Below are positions 28,741 through 41,400 of a DNA stretch of 64,000 nucleotides, piece after piece; positions within the stretch are counted from its first letter, which is position 1, and the number at the start of each line of letters is the position of its first letter. The stretch covers positions 132,308,001 to 132,372,000 of the forward strand of contig OX597815.1 in assembly GCA_951406725.2 (NCBI GenBank), in the 5' to 3' direction. Under the pieces are notes generated by a model that was not told the DNA's origin, ran no database searches, and saw only the letters and a list, made by a program, of their open reading frames with translations. Origin of the DNA: Octopus vulgaris. Taxonomy: Eukaryota. The position numbers and the translations under genes were made by a program.

Positions 28741-30139
28741 TCTGTAACAGGGCAGCCGCCCCCATTCATTGGAACGTTATACTTTCAGTCACTTTACACA
28801 CGATGGAAACTGGTTAATTCTAGGTTTCCTATAAATGATTTTGTTTTTAATTATCTAAATGGAGGTAACACATAGTTTTAGCAAGCAATAGCACAGACTT
28901 AGTTTGTGTAGCATAATACTTAGCTATCTGGAGATATCTTCATACCATCAATGAGTGATGTCAGGCAAGGATATCATAAATGAATTATAAAGAGGCTCTG
29001 ACTTTAGATGTGTGGTCAATGCCCTTTTATGAATCAATTATCAATTATATTTTGAAACGTTAATTGGGTTGTCACAGTAAACCGTAGTTCTCCAGCTAAT
29101 GATACAAAAATACTGCTGGCAAAAACTGCAAACGTATACATCATCGTTATAGACATGAAGAAAGCATTGGATTTTAACAGCTGAGGTCTCTGGACAATAA
29201 TTATAAACTTGTCAAGATAACTGAGTTGTATGATGACATCATAGCCTGTGATACAGAATTATCAATCTATCTTTATTACTTTATCAAAACTTATTAACTA
29301 GGCAGGTTTCTGCATATGCAGTGAACATTAAGAGTTAATGATCATTAATTAATCATTGAGTAATATAGAATATTAGGCAATAATTAGTGCTATTTTAATT
29401 ATTCCAGAAAGTAAAAGACATAACTGTAGGCTCTCGGTTTCATTGGACCTCTTTATTAAAACAGAAATTCCACTGTACTTATTACGGTAGCAACGAGGGA
29501 GTCACTAACACGCACCCTACTTTATACTAACTCGTAGAGGTAGAATATTCTGAAGAATGTATTAGAGAGGAATTACGTCGCGAACAAAACATACTATTTA
29601 TACCAAGATTACATAATTTAAATCATAATATTTGGTTTTACTATTATAATCCAAAAGCGGACTTCTGTAACGATCTTCCTGCATAACAGAAATGAATGAT
29701 AGAAAAAAAGGAATTACTGTTTTCTTCCTTGTAGTCGGTAATTTCAGCTTATTTCAGAATTAATGTAAACAATATTAGTGCGGTTTGCGAGATACCGTGT
29801 TGTTCAGGGCTGACGAATTCAGTCTTGTGTGGTACTGTGTCTTACAGGATATTAAGCATTCATGTAGTAAACGTAAAAAATGTAATTAGAAATACATACC
29901 CGATTTTTAAAACAATTACGTAGCATTAATCAATAGCTACCTTCTGAATTCAAATCTTGCTATAATCAGCTTTGCCTTTCACTTTTATGTAATCGTTTAA
30001 TAAAAACCACTGAAGAACTACATTCTTTTTAATTGATTAACTCTTCCAATATTACGTTCTTCTGATTATATTAGAACTTATGTACTGCTGAATGTTTGCA
30101 TTTTGTGGGTATCTGTTTCACTTCTAAATAGTTTTAAAT

Positions 30140-30600
30140 TGTAATTAAGAAGCTCGTTTCGTAACCACATGGTTTCAGATTCAATCCAACTGATCGCCAT
30201 CTACAGTAAATGATATCTACTACAGCCCCAGACCGACAAATGCTTTCTGAGTTTCGTTCGTAGCGGAAACTGGGTGTGTACCTGTGTGCAAATCCTTGTA
30301 CTTGTGTGTGCGAATCTTTGCATTGTATTTTTGTGTGAGCAAATCTTTGTATTGTATTTTGTGTATGCGAATCTTTGTATTGTATGTTTAGGTGAGCAAA
30401 TCTTTGTATTAAGTTTGTGCTTTCCCCCATCATCTCTTGACAAGCTCTTCTGGCATTTGTTCACAACCCCATAACGTAAGCGGCTTGGAGACACAGACCG
30501 ATGGAGTACGTACCAGACTTAACAAATAGGTACTGGTATTGAATTGTTCAAGTCGCTGTCCCAGATGGCTGCTATCCAAAACTGGTAAAAGATAAGAGAG
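30140..30600 (+). mobile_element. Old SINE family 1 carrying an internal ~30-bp minisatellite (30285-30420)
   Basis: About five units like tgtgtgcgaatctttgtattgtattt between SINE 5' and 3' halves. Confidence 0.65.
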
Positions 30601-31640
30601 CTCTTTACTAAATAGTTTGATTTTATCGATCATTTTCTCTCCACAATTTTATTCAAGAAAATTGGCTTAGTATCATTTGGATCTTGTGTAGAATGCGGCT
30701 GTAAAATATGCATGCAGAATACAAACGTATTCCTCTCGTATCATTATTTCCTTCTGTTTTAGTTACCTGATTTGAGGTGTAAAGTTGAATTTCTTATTGT
30801 TATCATTGGTGCTGGGCGCCGGTTTGTTTGTTTCCAGCATGGCAGTCGTTTGCATTATCCGTGCTTGGAACTTTTTATGAACCACGTGTAATGTTCGTAT
30901 TCTCTTTAAGACCTTGGGCTAAATGATACAGCTTTTTTGTTTATATAGCTTGTCATTTGTTGAGTATACAAAGACTGAAACCGTCTGATGCTTCATTAAC
31001 TTTGTACACGTAGACAGAATCAGTCTGGTGCTTCGATAGTTTATTTACAATTGGTATAGAAATGTAAACTAGTATAAACACTTGTAAAACATTAATTATA
31101 TGTGGTAACAAAAAAAAAATCAATAAATTTTGAAGTGAGTGTATCACTTACACCGTTAGCACTTTGCTGCTTTCTACTTTTTCCCAAGCTCTTTTGTTAA
31201 TTGTCACGGTTAGAAAATGCATGTCTAACATTCATATAATACTAACAATAAAATTCTACTCGAACTAAGAGCATTGGTAATAATTGTTATCATCATCATC
31301 ATCATCATCATCATCATAGTTGTTGTTTATCGCTAATTTTTAAACTTCTAACGGAGATTTTATATCAGTATCTCCATGTTTATATTGCCTGGTGTGGGTA
31401 GCATCCTCCATTCGAGAAGCATATATATTGCATTTTTATATCAAATTAAATTATCTTGTACTACTTTGATATTCTGTGTGTCCCTCAGTTTATGGGCAGC
31501 GTAAATTATGTAATTAGTGCATACTGCTGGCGTTTCTTATGTATATGTGAATGATGGTGTGTGTTTTAGTTGACTACGAATTTCCTGTTACGTTTTTCTA
31601 AAATCTTCCGTTTGCTGTATTTTTCTTAAATTTTTGAAAT

Positions 31641-31688
31641 TAGATAGATAGATAGATGGAGATAGAGATAGATATTTAGATATATATT

Positions 31689-31782
<94 letters not shown>

Positions 31783-31783
31783 T
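31641..31783. repeat. (TAGA)n microsatellite
   Basis: Read directly; others at 49500-49630 and 60325-60520. Confidence 0.95.
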
Positions 31784-31847
31784 ACTGCAACATTTCAGTT
31801 AAGCAAACTGATAATAAATCCTTGTCTTTCCTGAAAAGTATGCCCTA

Positions 31848-32115
31848 CATTTATTTCTTTATTGCCCACAGGGGGCTAAACATAGACGGAACAAACAAGG
31901 AGAGACAAAGACATTAAGTCGATTACATCGACCCCAGTGCGTAACTGGTACTTATTTTTATCGACCCCGAAAGAATGAAAGGCTAAGTCGACCTCGGCGG
32001 AAATTTACCTCGGCAGACGAAATATCACTGAACATTTCGTTCGGCGTGCTAACAATTCTGCCAGCGTGCCGCCCTTCTGCCAGCTCACCGCCCTAATCTG
32101 CCAGCTCGCCGCCCT
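31848..32115 (-). mobile_element. SINE family 2 with triplicated 5' end
   Basis: tctgccagctcgccgccct-like unit three times at 32055-32115. Confidence 0.8.
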
Positions 32116-32173
32116 AAGGCATGTCCTTCATTGTTGTCATGTAATGTATTTGTCACTAATATATATTACACAT

Positions 32174-32564
32174 AAGTTAGCAGAAAGGTCAGCACGCCGG
32201 GCGAAATGCTTAGCGGTATTTCGTCTGCCGTTACGTTCTGAGTTCAAATTCCGCGCAGGTCGACTTTACCTTTCATCCTTTCGGGGTCGATAAATTAAGT
32301 ACCAATTACGCACTGGGGTCGATGTAATTGACTTAATCCGTTTGTCAGTCCTTGTTTGTCCATTCTGTGTTTAGTCCCTTGTGGGTAGTAAAGAAATAGG
32401 TATTTCGCCCATCTTCACGTTCTGATTTCAAATTCCGCTGATGTCGACTTTGCCTTTCACCCTTTCGGGGTTGATAAATTAAGAACCAGTTGCGTACTGG
32501 CGTCGATCTAATCGACTGGACCCTCCCCCAAAATTTCGAGCCTTGTGTCTAGAGTAGAAAAGGA
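32174..32564 (+). mobile_element. Dimeric SINE family 2 with target-site duplication
   Basis: tatatattacacat at 32160-32173 and 32565-32578. Confidence 0.85.
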
Positions 32565-33459
32565 TATATATTACACATTTCTGAACGTTTCTTAGAATGA
32601 AGTGTCGGCATATTATGCAGTGAATATAGGTTCTAACTCGTTTGAGATGTGAATGTGCTCGGGCATGTCAACATTATACCAGAGGAAAATAATGTCGTCA
32701 CTTGATTAATAGAACTAGTTGCGTAGTCTGCAATTGCATCAGTTTATCTTTGTAACTATTTTAATCTTATAATTGACTCTGTACAACAAAAATTTAGACA
32801 CCCTTCTTCTGCATTTAGCAGGTCAACGTTTTTGAGCCAGAGAATGTGTTACATGCTGATCAAAGGCAATCATTTCTATTATGTGCCGTTAAGCTTCTGC
32901 CATACATAGATACTGTTACATGAAATTCATAGCCATCCAGTATGTTATATGCAAAGTAAAAGGTATCAGTCCAATATATCCTGTTAATTTATATCCTGTT
33001 AATTGTTATATATAACAATTAGAAGTTTTACTATTCTTAACTAAAGAATAAAGGAACATTTTGTATGGAAAAGTAGGTGACAGTCCACGCTTAAGCAGAT
33101 AGCGAAAAAAATTCCAAGCTATTTTGCAGTTATAATTGCGAGAAAGTTAGGCTATTTTCATGACGCTGTATTTTTCCAGACAGGCAAACAAATAAATCTT
33201 AAATAAATCCATCTCTTACTTATTTCAAGTATTATAGCTTAGTTTGTGGTCACTATATGCACATACACGCATATATATATACATGCGTGATTTGCTGGCT
33301 GTATATATATATATATATATATACGGTACACGGTACACGGACAGGATATAGAAAAATAGATGCATAGAGCCACTTTTTTAATAGGTTTCATTACTGAATA
33401 TACAATGTAAACATACACAAATAATATGATCAGATCTTGAGTTTAAAATTATTACAATT

Positions 33460-34500
33460 AGCATATTAAAATGTGCAAGAGAAAAGATAGGGGTATTTAA
33501 AACTTGTGAGCCAAATATCATAGAAACACCAAGCCTTCTTTATTACAAGAACCACAAATGGTTTTTATCCTATCGCTAATGGTATCATATTTTTGTTAGG
33601 TCGTGATACATCTCTATAGTAGCCTGCTCCATTAGCATATGATGGGATGCCTGCTCATTTCTAACAACCTTGGTGATTGTGAGATGAGTTACGTAAAGTC
33701 TTTTTTTTTAAAACCTGATGCCAGCCTTCGAGAGAATTGTTTGTTCTCAGCAAATTATCATGAACTCGAGTGTGAACAGTCCACAAATCAACATCAATAA
33801 TTGCTTTCCTTCGACACCTTCTCTGGATTATTCCTAAACAAGATAATTACTTTAATAACTCATCAGTTTCGACATCTAAGGAATTCACCAATTCGTTAAA
33901 TAATTGATGCACATCTACAGGTGGGACAAAAGCAAATGCTTGTAATTGCTTGATGAATAAGGCGCAACTGGTTTCAACATACTTGTATTGCAGTCCACAA
34001 AACTGGGTATTGTGCCATAAAAAATGCACAAAATGAAAGAAAGAACCCAATATTGATATATTAGGAAAGTTGCTCGTTCGAAGTCAATTGCTATTGTATC
34101 CGGATCCTGAACACCTTTGCTTTTCAAAAATGTAAAACTTTCGTCAAACATTTTCTCTTTTTTGTTTCTTGCAATGCAACACATCAATGGCAAGGCTTTA
34201 CTCCCTGAAACAATAGCGTGTATAGTATACAGTTATTTGCCTAGGGAAGCAGAGTCAAATGTGCCATCGCCAAACCATCTTTGTTTACTACAGAGCAATT
34301 TCAATTATTTTTTCTGACGATAAAATAGAAACAGTGGTAGCTTCGTAAAGCTGAAAATTTTCTCCACGTGTTGTCATGCCCAAGTTTTTTCTATCGTCAA
34401 TCGTTCTTGATCGATCGCCTTATCATTCTCTCAAGCGTTTCCTTTTAGGCAGAGAATCAGCAATGCAACTTTTCCATGACATTATTAATTACACTGCTTG
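33460..34500 (-). pseudogene. Mutator/MULE DDE transposase remnant
   Basis: WFGDGTF..LYTIHA..ALPL, IAIDFERA, LQAFAFVP, RTNNSLEGWH. Confidence 0.85.
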
Positions 34501-35002
34501 GTATCCCTTCTGTTTGTTCGGCTCTAGTCTTCATTTTATCCAAAGCTTTTAAAAATGTTCATATGAGCACCATCTGGAGAATGTTAATGATTTGAAGCAT
34601 TTCTATGTTTGGTATAACGTGCGTGATATGATATTTCAAGATGTTAATTTTGTTTTTGAACAAAAGGAATAAGAGAGAAAGACAGGAAGAAGGACAAGAA
34701 CGAAAGAGAAAGAAATGAAAGGGGAAAAATCAGAGAGAAAGAAGCTTCTTTTCGATTATATTCTATCGATGTGATCAAGTTTAATTACAATTCAAGATGT
34801 CATTTTTGATTCAGCCATTGATTTTGAAAGCATCTCTTTCTCTCTCCCTCTTCTTCTCATATATATATATTAACATGTTTGTAAATATGCACATTACATT
34901 TTAGCGAGAGTTGAAGATTGAAAAGGTGATTCTTAAGTAAGTACAGTCACAATTATAAAATATGAAATAAATCTAAAATGTCCGACTTCCAATGACAACA
35001 TA

Positions 35003-35561
35003 CAGGGTTATTCAAAACAAAATGAACAGATTTCATTATGAAATATTTTAATAAAGAACAGCAATAGAAATCTCCAGCTAAGTCAAATATTTACTCATAA
35101 TCAACTTTTATTTCCTGTCTTACAAGTGTTCAATGTGACCACCACCTGCAGTACGGGCAACATCAATATGATAAGAGAATTCCTCCTAGATACGTAGCAG
35201 CATATCACAATTCACTGAGTTGATTGCTGTTGTTATTCAATGTTTAAGGCCATCGAGATTAATGGGTAGCGGTGGAACATAAACGCAATCTTTTGCATAT
35301 CCCCACAAAAACAAAAATCAAAAACATCGAATAACAACAGCGATCAACTTAGTGGATCGTGATATGCTGATACGCGTCTGGGAGGAATTCTCTTATTGCA
35401 TTAATGTTGCCCTTGCTGCAGGTGGTGGCCACATTGAACACTTGTAAGACAGGAAATAAAAGTTGATTTTGAGTAAATACTTATGACTTAGATGGAGCTT
35501 TCTATTACTTTTCCCTATTAAAATATCACGCAATGAAATCGCTTCATTTTTAATAACCCTG
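35003..35561. mobile_element. Fold-back MITE built from two inverted 3' ends of a mariner-type (maT/rosa-like) transposon
   Basis: TA-CAGGG...CCCTG-TA ends; arms encode RITTAINLVDRDMLIRVWEEFSY...AAGGGHIEHL*; centre encodes LWGYAKDCVYVPPLP on minus. Confidence 0.88.
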
Positions 35562-36420
35562 TATTTTCACTCCTCTCTTGATTGATTTCATACAAAATGA
35601 TGTTTGGAGAGGGTCAAACTTGAGTATTCAAGTACTCGTATTATTTTGTTCCGGTCGTATTTTCCAGGAAAGTTAGATAGGTAGTTGTGTGAGATACATA
35701 TGTAGTGTCCATAGTCTGTCTCATTGGGAAGTGTGTTTATGCATATTGTCTTTGTGTTTCTTTGAAACGTTTAGTTTTGGTGAGACGTTTTTGATAAAAT
35801 GCAGTTTCATTGGCTTTCGGATTTTGGGTCATTCCTTTCCCATTACCAACCTACAAGAATTCACAAGAATCCACATCTGATTACTTAGGGTCATCCCTTA
35901 GAAATTTCTAGAAGGGAAGGGGCTTGAATTTACCTTCACCATATATTTCTAGACGTTTAGAAATAGTGGAGTCTTACGTAGTTCCTTTTGTAGGATGTGT
36001 TGGCTGTGGTTTCTTGCACGTTAGCAAAGTTCCGAAAAGTAACGACTGTATCAAGAATGAAATCTCGAATTAAACTTCAACAGGTTGATCACATCGTTAC
36101 AATGTAATTGAAAAGAAACCACTTGCTCTCAAGCTTTCTGTCCCTTTTCTTTTTCTTTTCTCTTTTCTTTCTCTTTCTCGTCCTTCCTTTCTTTCCCTCT
36201 TTTTTAAATAACAAAATCGACATCTTGAAATGACATTTAGCATCATCCATTTAGCCATCCTGAAATACATACTTTTTCCTACTTTATTTTCTCCTCTCTG
36301 CCTCTCTATATTCCTCTCTCCTCCTCTCTTCCCTCCCTTTCTCTTTTACTCTTTCTCCTTTTCTAAACAGAAAAACAACTTTTCGATTTGTGGAAAAGGT
36401 AAAGAAAGTTTCGGTAAAAC

Positions 36421-36461
36421 TTATCCGAAGAGTCCTTAGGACCGGACGAAAGCGGTAATAA
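36421..36461 (+). ncRNA. Minimal hammerhead motif with CCGAAGA core in a pLTR-like end
   Basis: ttat-CCGAAGA-GTCC-ttaggacc-GGAC-GAAA-GCGGT-A-ataa; about 40 bp further to (TA)n. Confidence 0.7.
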
Positions 36462-36495
36462 ACTATTAACTCAAATTCTAACTGCCTCCTTTTTC

Positions 36496-36557
<62 letters not shown>

Positions 36558-36576
36558 GTGTGTGCGTGTGTGTTTG

Positions 36577-36665
<89 letters not shown>

Positions 36666-36808
36666 TATAGAGGGCATTATACATACATGCCAGAGGGCAT
36701 TATACATACATGCCACACGCTAAGAGGGACAAATAGTCATTTCTACCAAAAATATTACTAATCCCACCGAATGTAATTTTTCAAAGTAAGACATTTAAAA
36801 AATATAGA

Positions 36809-36850
36809 CCTGTATCACAGTGATTTCATACTTACGTATTCATCAGCAGG
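36809..36850 (-). ncRNA. Complete type-I hammerhead ribozyme
   Basis: Reverse complement of 37608-37649. Confidence 0.85.
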
Positions 36851-37607
36851 CCTGGATGTATCATACATAAACGACCCTGCCTCGCTTAAGCCGATCAGCT
36901 AACTGATCAACATCAACGAAGCACATGGGTGAGTTTACATATATTACATCCGGTAAATGTCAGACTTTTACGAATTGCATTTCGGGAAAGGAAAAGTTTT
37001 TTCGGAATAAAAATTTAGCAATTAAGGACAACTACTTAATAAGGAAAACTTAACAAGAAATTGTCAGGTAGATAGCGTGAAAACCTCATAAGAGAAAAAA
37101 TTTCGAAAATAATTATTTCTTATTGAACATATTAATTTATATATAGAGGGCATTATACATACTGTGATACAGGTCTATATTTTTTAAATGTCTTACTTTG
37201 AAAAATTACATTCGGTGGGATTAGTAATATTTCTGGTAGAAATGACTATTCGTCCCTCTTAGCGTGTGGCATGTATGTATAATGCCCTCTGGCATGTATG
37301 TATAATGCCCTCTATATATAAATTAATATGTTCAATAAGAAATAATTATTTTCGAAATTTTTTCTCTTATGAGGTTTTCACGCTATCTACCTGACAATTT
37401 CTTGTTAAGTTTTCCTTATTAAGTAGTTGTCCTTAATTGCTAAATTTTTATTCCGAAAAAACTTTTCCTTTCCCGAAATGCAATTCGTAAAAGTCTGACA
37501 TTTACCGGATGTAATATATGTAAACTCACCCATGTGCTTCGTTGATGTTGATCAGTTAGCTGATCGGCTTAAGCGAGGCAGGGTCGTTTATGTATGATAC
37601 ATCCATG

Positions 37608-37649
37608 CCTGCTGATGAATACGTAAGTATGAAATCACTGTGATACAGG
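37608..37649 (+). ncRNA. Complete type-I hammerhead ribozyme
   Basis: CCTG-CTGATGA-ATAC-gtaa-GTAT-GAAA-TCAC-t-GTGA-TA-CAGG; predicted cut after 37645 (AUA triplet). Confidence 0.88.
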
Positions 37650-37915
37650 TCTATATTTTTTAAATGTCTTACTTTGAAAAATTACATTCGGTGGGATTAG
37701 TAATATTTTTGGTAGAAATGACTATTTGTCCCTCTTAGCGTGTGGCATGTATGTATAATGCCCTCTGGCATGTATGTATAATGCCCTCTATATATAAATT
37801 AATATGTTCAATAAGAAATAATTATTTTCGAATTTTTTTTACTTATGAGGTTTTCACGCTATCTACCTGACAATTTCTTGTTAAGTTTTCCTTATTAAGT
37901 AGTTGTCCTTAATTG

Positions 37916-37958
<43 letters not shown>

Positions 37959-37959
37959 C

Positions 37960-38214
37960 ATAACATGTGACAACATTCGGTTGTCATAATAAAACTTCGA
38001 GTTTCGAATGTCCAGGCGGAAACCTGCTCCGGTATCTCTTCCGCTAAGAGATGCCGAAGCCTGATTCCGCCTGGACATTCGAAACTCGGAGTTTTATTAT
38101 GGCAATCGAATAATTGTCACATATTATATTACAGATAGTACAGATAAATTCCTGTATTTACATAATATCAAGGTCTCTTTCATTCTTTTGTTGTCTTACC
38201 ATTACTATTAATGA

Positions 38215-38216
<2 letters not shown>
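37960..38216. mobile_element. Fold-back hammerhead element, family A copy 2
   Basis: Inverted arms 37960-38127, centre ~38043; long arm is the reverse complement of 27610-27690. Confidence 0.8.
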
Positions 38217-38257
<41 letters not shown>

Positions 38258-38258
<1 letters not shown>

Positions 38259-38466
38259 TCTTTTACTTGTTTCGGTAATTTGACTGCAGCCATGCTGGAG
38301 CACCGCCTTTAGTCGAGCAAATCGACTCCAGGACTTATTCTTTGTAAGCCCAGTACTTATTCTATCGGTCTCTTTTGCCGAACTGCTAAGTGACGGGGAC
38401 GCAGTGGGACTGAACCCGGAACCATGTGGTTGGTAAGCAAGTTACTTACCACACAGCCACTCCTGC
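38258..38466 (-). mobile_element. SINE family 1 with internal deletion
   Basis: ggggacgcagtgggactgaa joins the 3' and 5' parts. Confidence 0.8.
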
Positions 38467-38489
38467 ACCTCCTGAACTTATATATATAT

Positions 38490-39258
38490 ATATATAAGTT
38501 CAGCAAAATTTAGATTCAGATGAATTTGGTACTTAAGTTAAAGGCACCAGAATTTGGTATGGTATTATCCATATAAATCAAATGGGGTGATTATAATCAA
38601 AATAAGCAACAAGGATATTCAAGGTAGTGTGGTACAATCGTTTCATCCTACTTCATTTTATTAAACAATGTAAGTATTACATCAGTTTTAAAATGTAAAG
38701 CAATCTTCAGCCACATATAGAATTTCTTTTAATTAAATGGACAATGTACATTTTTTATACTTATTTCATTTGCCAACATTACAAAGATGGTAGATATATA
38801 GACAGAGAGGTTAATTTTATCATTAAGAACATGGTAGTAGAAGGTCCTTCTCCATCTGTAGATTTGTTATCACTGAGTTCACTTTGTTATTTAGATTTAT
38901 CAATGGGGAGGGGGTTTCTTCATCTGGTTCAATGGAGACAAAGAAGCATTTTTGTATTTATAGATAGAGGAAGGGGTAGTACAAATGTCAAAGCCATAAA
39001 TCCTTCCTATTATGAGGAACTTAACTTAGGCATATTCGAATATATTTTAGCTAAAGTTGGTAGGCTGAAGCTAGTGGAGTAGGGAGAATAGAGACTACTA
39101 ATGCTCTAGAGAGTCCTAACATCGTTTACCATTTAACAGCCACAATTCACTTTGCGAATTTGAAATATATATCCCTCAGATAGTTTTTTCCAAAGGATTC
39201 TAATAAATTTTAGTATCTTATATAGGGGGTAGAAAATATAGAAATCATTTTATATTTC

Positions 39259-39298
<40 letters not shown>

Positions 39299-39930
39299 TT
39301 TCTATTAATATAGGTTCATAGTTAGTCAGTAAATAGTGATTTATTTTATTAATGAGTTAAATTAAAAGAATATGTTAGACATAATTTTTTTAACAGTAAA
39401 AATAAAACCTTATCAATTAGCACATATATCAAGAATCTATAAGCTATATCAAAATGTAATGGAAGAGAGGTAATTAAGATGAACTAAATAATTTCACTAT
39501 ATATATAGAATATATGCAGTCCTATATAGGAAAATATCAAAAGATTCTAAATTCACTCTATTCAAATTTATTTATATTATAAATTTTCTTAATAATCTTA
39601 ATAATAAAGCTCGTATGGTATATTAATTCTTTAATTGGTTACAAAATATTAAGATTTGAACATTTAGGAATAGTCAGAATGCTATTATTTAAAATACTTA
39701 AAAGTACGGGTGGCACAATGTATGCAGGATATTCTAATTCAGAACGGTTATTCAATAAGTTTATATTATTCCTATGTTTCAAAATTTCATGTCTCCATAG
39801 AAGAAAGTTCACATCCATCCCTACTATTTTTATAAGGCTGAGCCTTTCTTATTATATCCCACTTTAGGTTAAATTCGATATTTTTTCTTTCAATTACCAA
39901 ATTTTACTGGACAGCGTTGTGCAACCCGCC
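38490..39930 (-). mobile_element. PLE 3' end: endonuclease C-terminus, AT-rich UTR and hammerhead
   Basis: TTLSSK..W*LKEK...NLKWDIIRKAQPYKNSRDGCEL...LLNNRSEL; HHR gtgg-CTGAAGA...GAAA-CGATTG-TA-ccac at 38629-38714; (TA)n at both ends. Confidence 0.8.
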
Positions 39931-40011
39931 TAATATTTAAGCCTAAAACTAGAAACTAAAACTATATTGTTCTCAGCCTGCAAAATGGCATGTATCATTT
40001 CCAACATACAT

Positions 40012-40095
<84 letters not shown>

Positions 40096-40276
40096 GTATG
40101 TATATGTATATAGTGCATTGGTCCGTGATGATGAGGTCAACAAAAAAGTATACTATCTGGCACAGCCTCAGGATTGCGTGAAGAAACCAGAAATATTAAG
40201 AAATGCTGTCTCAGGTGTTTTCATCGTATGAAGGTAATAGTAACTCATAAAAAATATATATTGCCTTTAGCAAATA

Positions 40277-40308
<32 letters not shown>

Positions 40309-40459
40309 TGTGTGTCTGTGTTTGTCCCCCTAGCATTGCTTGACAATCGATGCTGGTGTGTTTATGTACCATAACTTATATATATATTTATATATATTAT
40401 ACGCACAGACACACACACACACATAAATACATATATACATCCATTCAAGCAAACAGTAA

Positions 40460-41400
40460 TAACCTGTTGTTGATCTTGAAATTCCAATGAAGGATCCTTG
40501 AATGTATGTTGGAAACCGACTCTTTCTCTATTCGCAGGTAATCTTGAAATAAAACTGAACAATGACATACATACCGTAACACACAGAATTTATCACCCAC
40601 ATCGTAAGTAGTTGTTCGGAAATGGCATCATGGTTGCATCTACTAATGAAGCACGATGTTGCGGCTAGGACGCTCTATAAAGAAATCCGTCGGAAGGATA
40701 ACCCCGAGGACAAAGAAATAAAATCCTACAGCATAATAGAAGCCATAGCCACTCATAACAAAAGGGAATACTGGTGGAATGTCCCAGCGAAGACCTCAAT
40801 AAAATGTAAGCGCAACAGACATGAAATAATTATTTGGGATAGAGACAAGAAACTGTGTACAGTTGTGGAAATTAGCTACCCAGCATATGTTTAACATAAA
40901 GCTGAAGATCAGTGAAAAAGACAATACTTACGCTGAGCTATTGAGAAATCTACAGTTACTCTATGTAGTCTACAAGTTCAGGTTTATACTTGTAATTATT
41001 GGGGCTTTGGGGTATGTAACACACTACCTAAATACCAATATTGAGAAATTAGGCTTCTCAAAACCAGAAAGGAGAAAGCTAATTCGAAGACTACAGATCC
41101 AATCAGTTACTGGAAATATAAACATCTGTAAAAGTTTCCAGAAGTTTATCATTTAAATATATATGAGCATATCTAGATATGCAACTATACTATTGAGAAT
41201 GTATACACTTAACAAAACATACAAATCTGCCCATATACATACATACATACATACATACATACATACATACATACAAAAATACCCTGTTGTTGATTTTGAA
41301 TTTCCAATGAAGGAACCTTGGATCTACGTTAGAAACCAGTTCTTTCTCTATGTGCAAGATATATTGAAATAAAACTGAATTTTGATATACATACATACAT
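40460..41400 (+). mobile_element. RLE-type LINE 3' end with a second copy of its 3' UTR upstream, (TACA)n tails
   Basis: HIVSSC...KHDVAA...EYWWN...RHEIIIWD...VEISYP...IIGALGYV; 40460-40572 matches 41281-41400. Confidence 0.8.

Larger units (their letters stand above)
36665..37917. mobile_element. 476-bp hammerhead-containing tandem/inverted array (retrozyme-like)
   Basis: Minus unit 36665-37160; inversion junction at 37160/37161; plus partial, full and partial units to 37917; copies nearly identical; (TA)n both sides. Confidence 0.9.

Noticed and set aside
30285-30420. Regular ~30-bp repeats suggestive of a CRISPR array
   Set aside because: No unique spacers, eukaryotic context, lies inside a SINE; it is a minisatellite
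35690-36120. Possible inverted PLE RT fragments upstream of the 36421 hammerhead
   Set aside because: Only vague motif resemblance (RIHKNP, TMDTT...LEN); not enough to annotate
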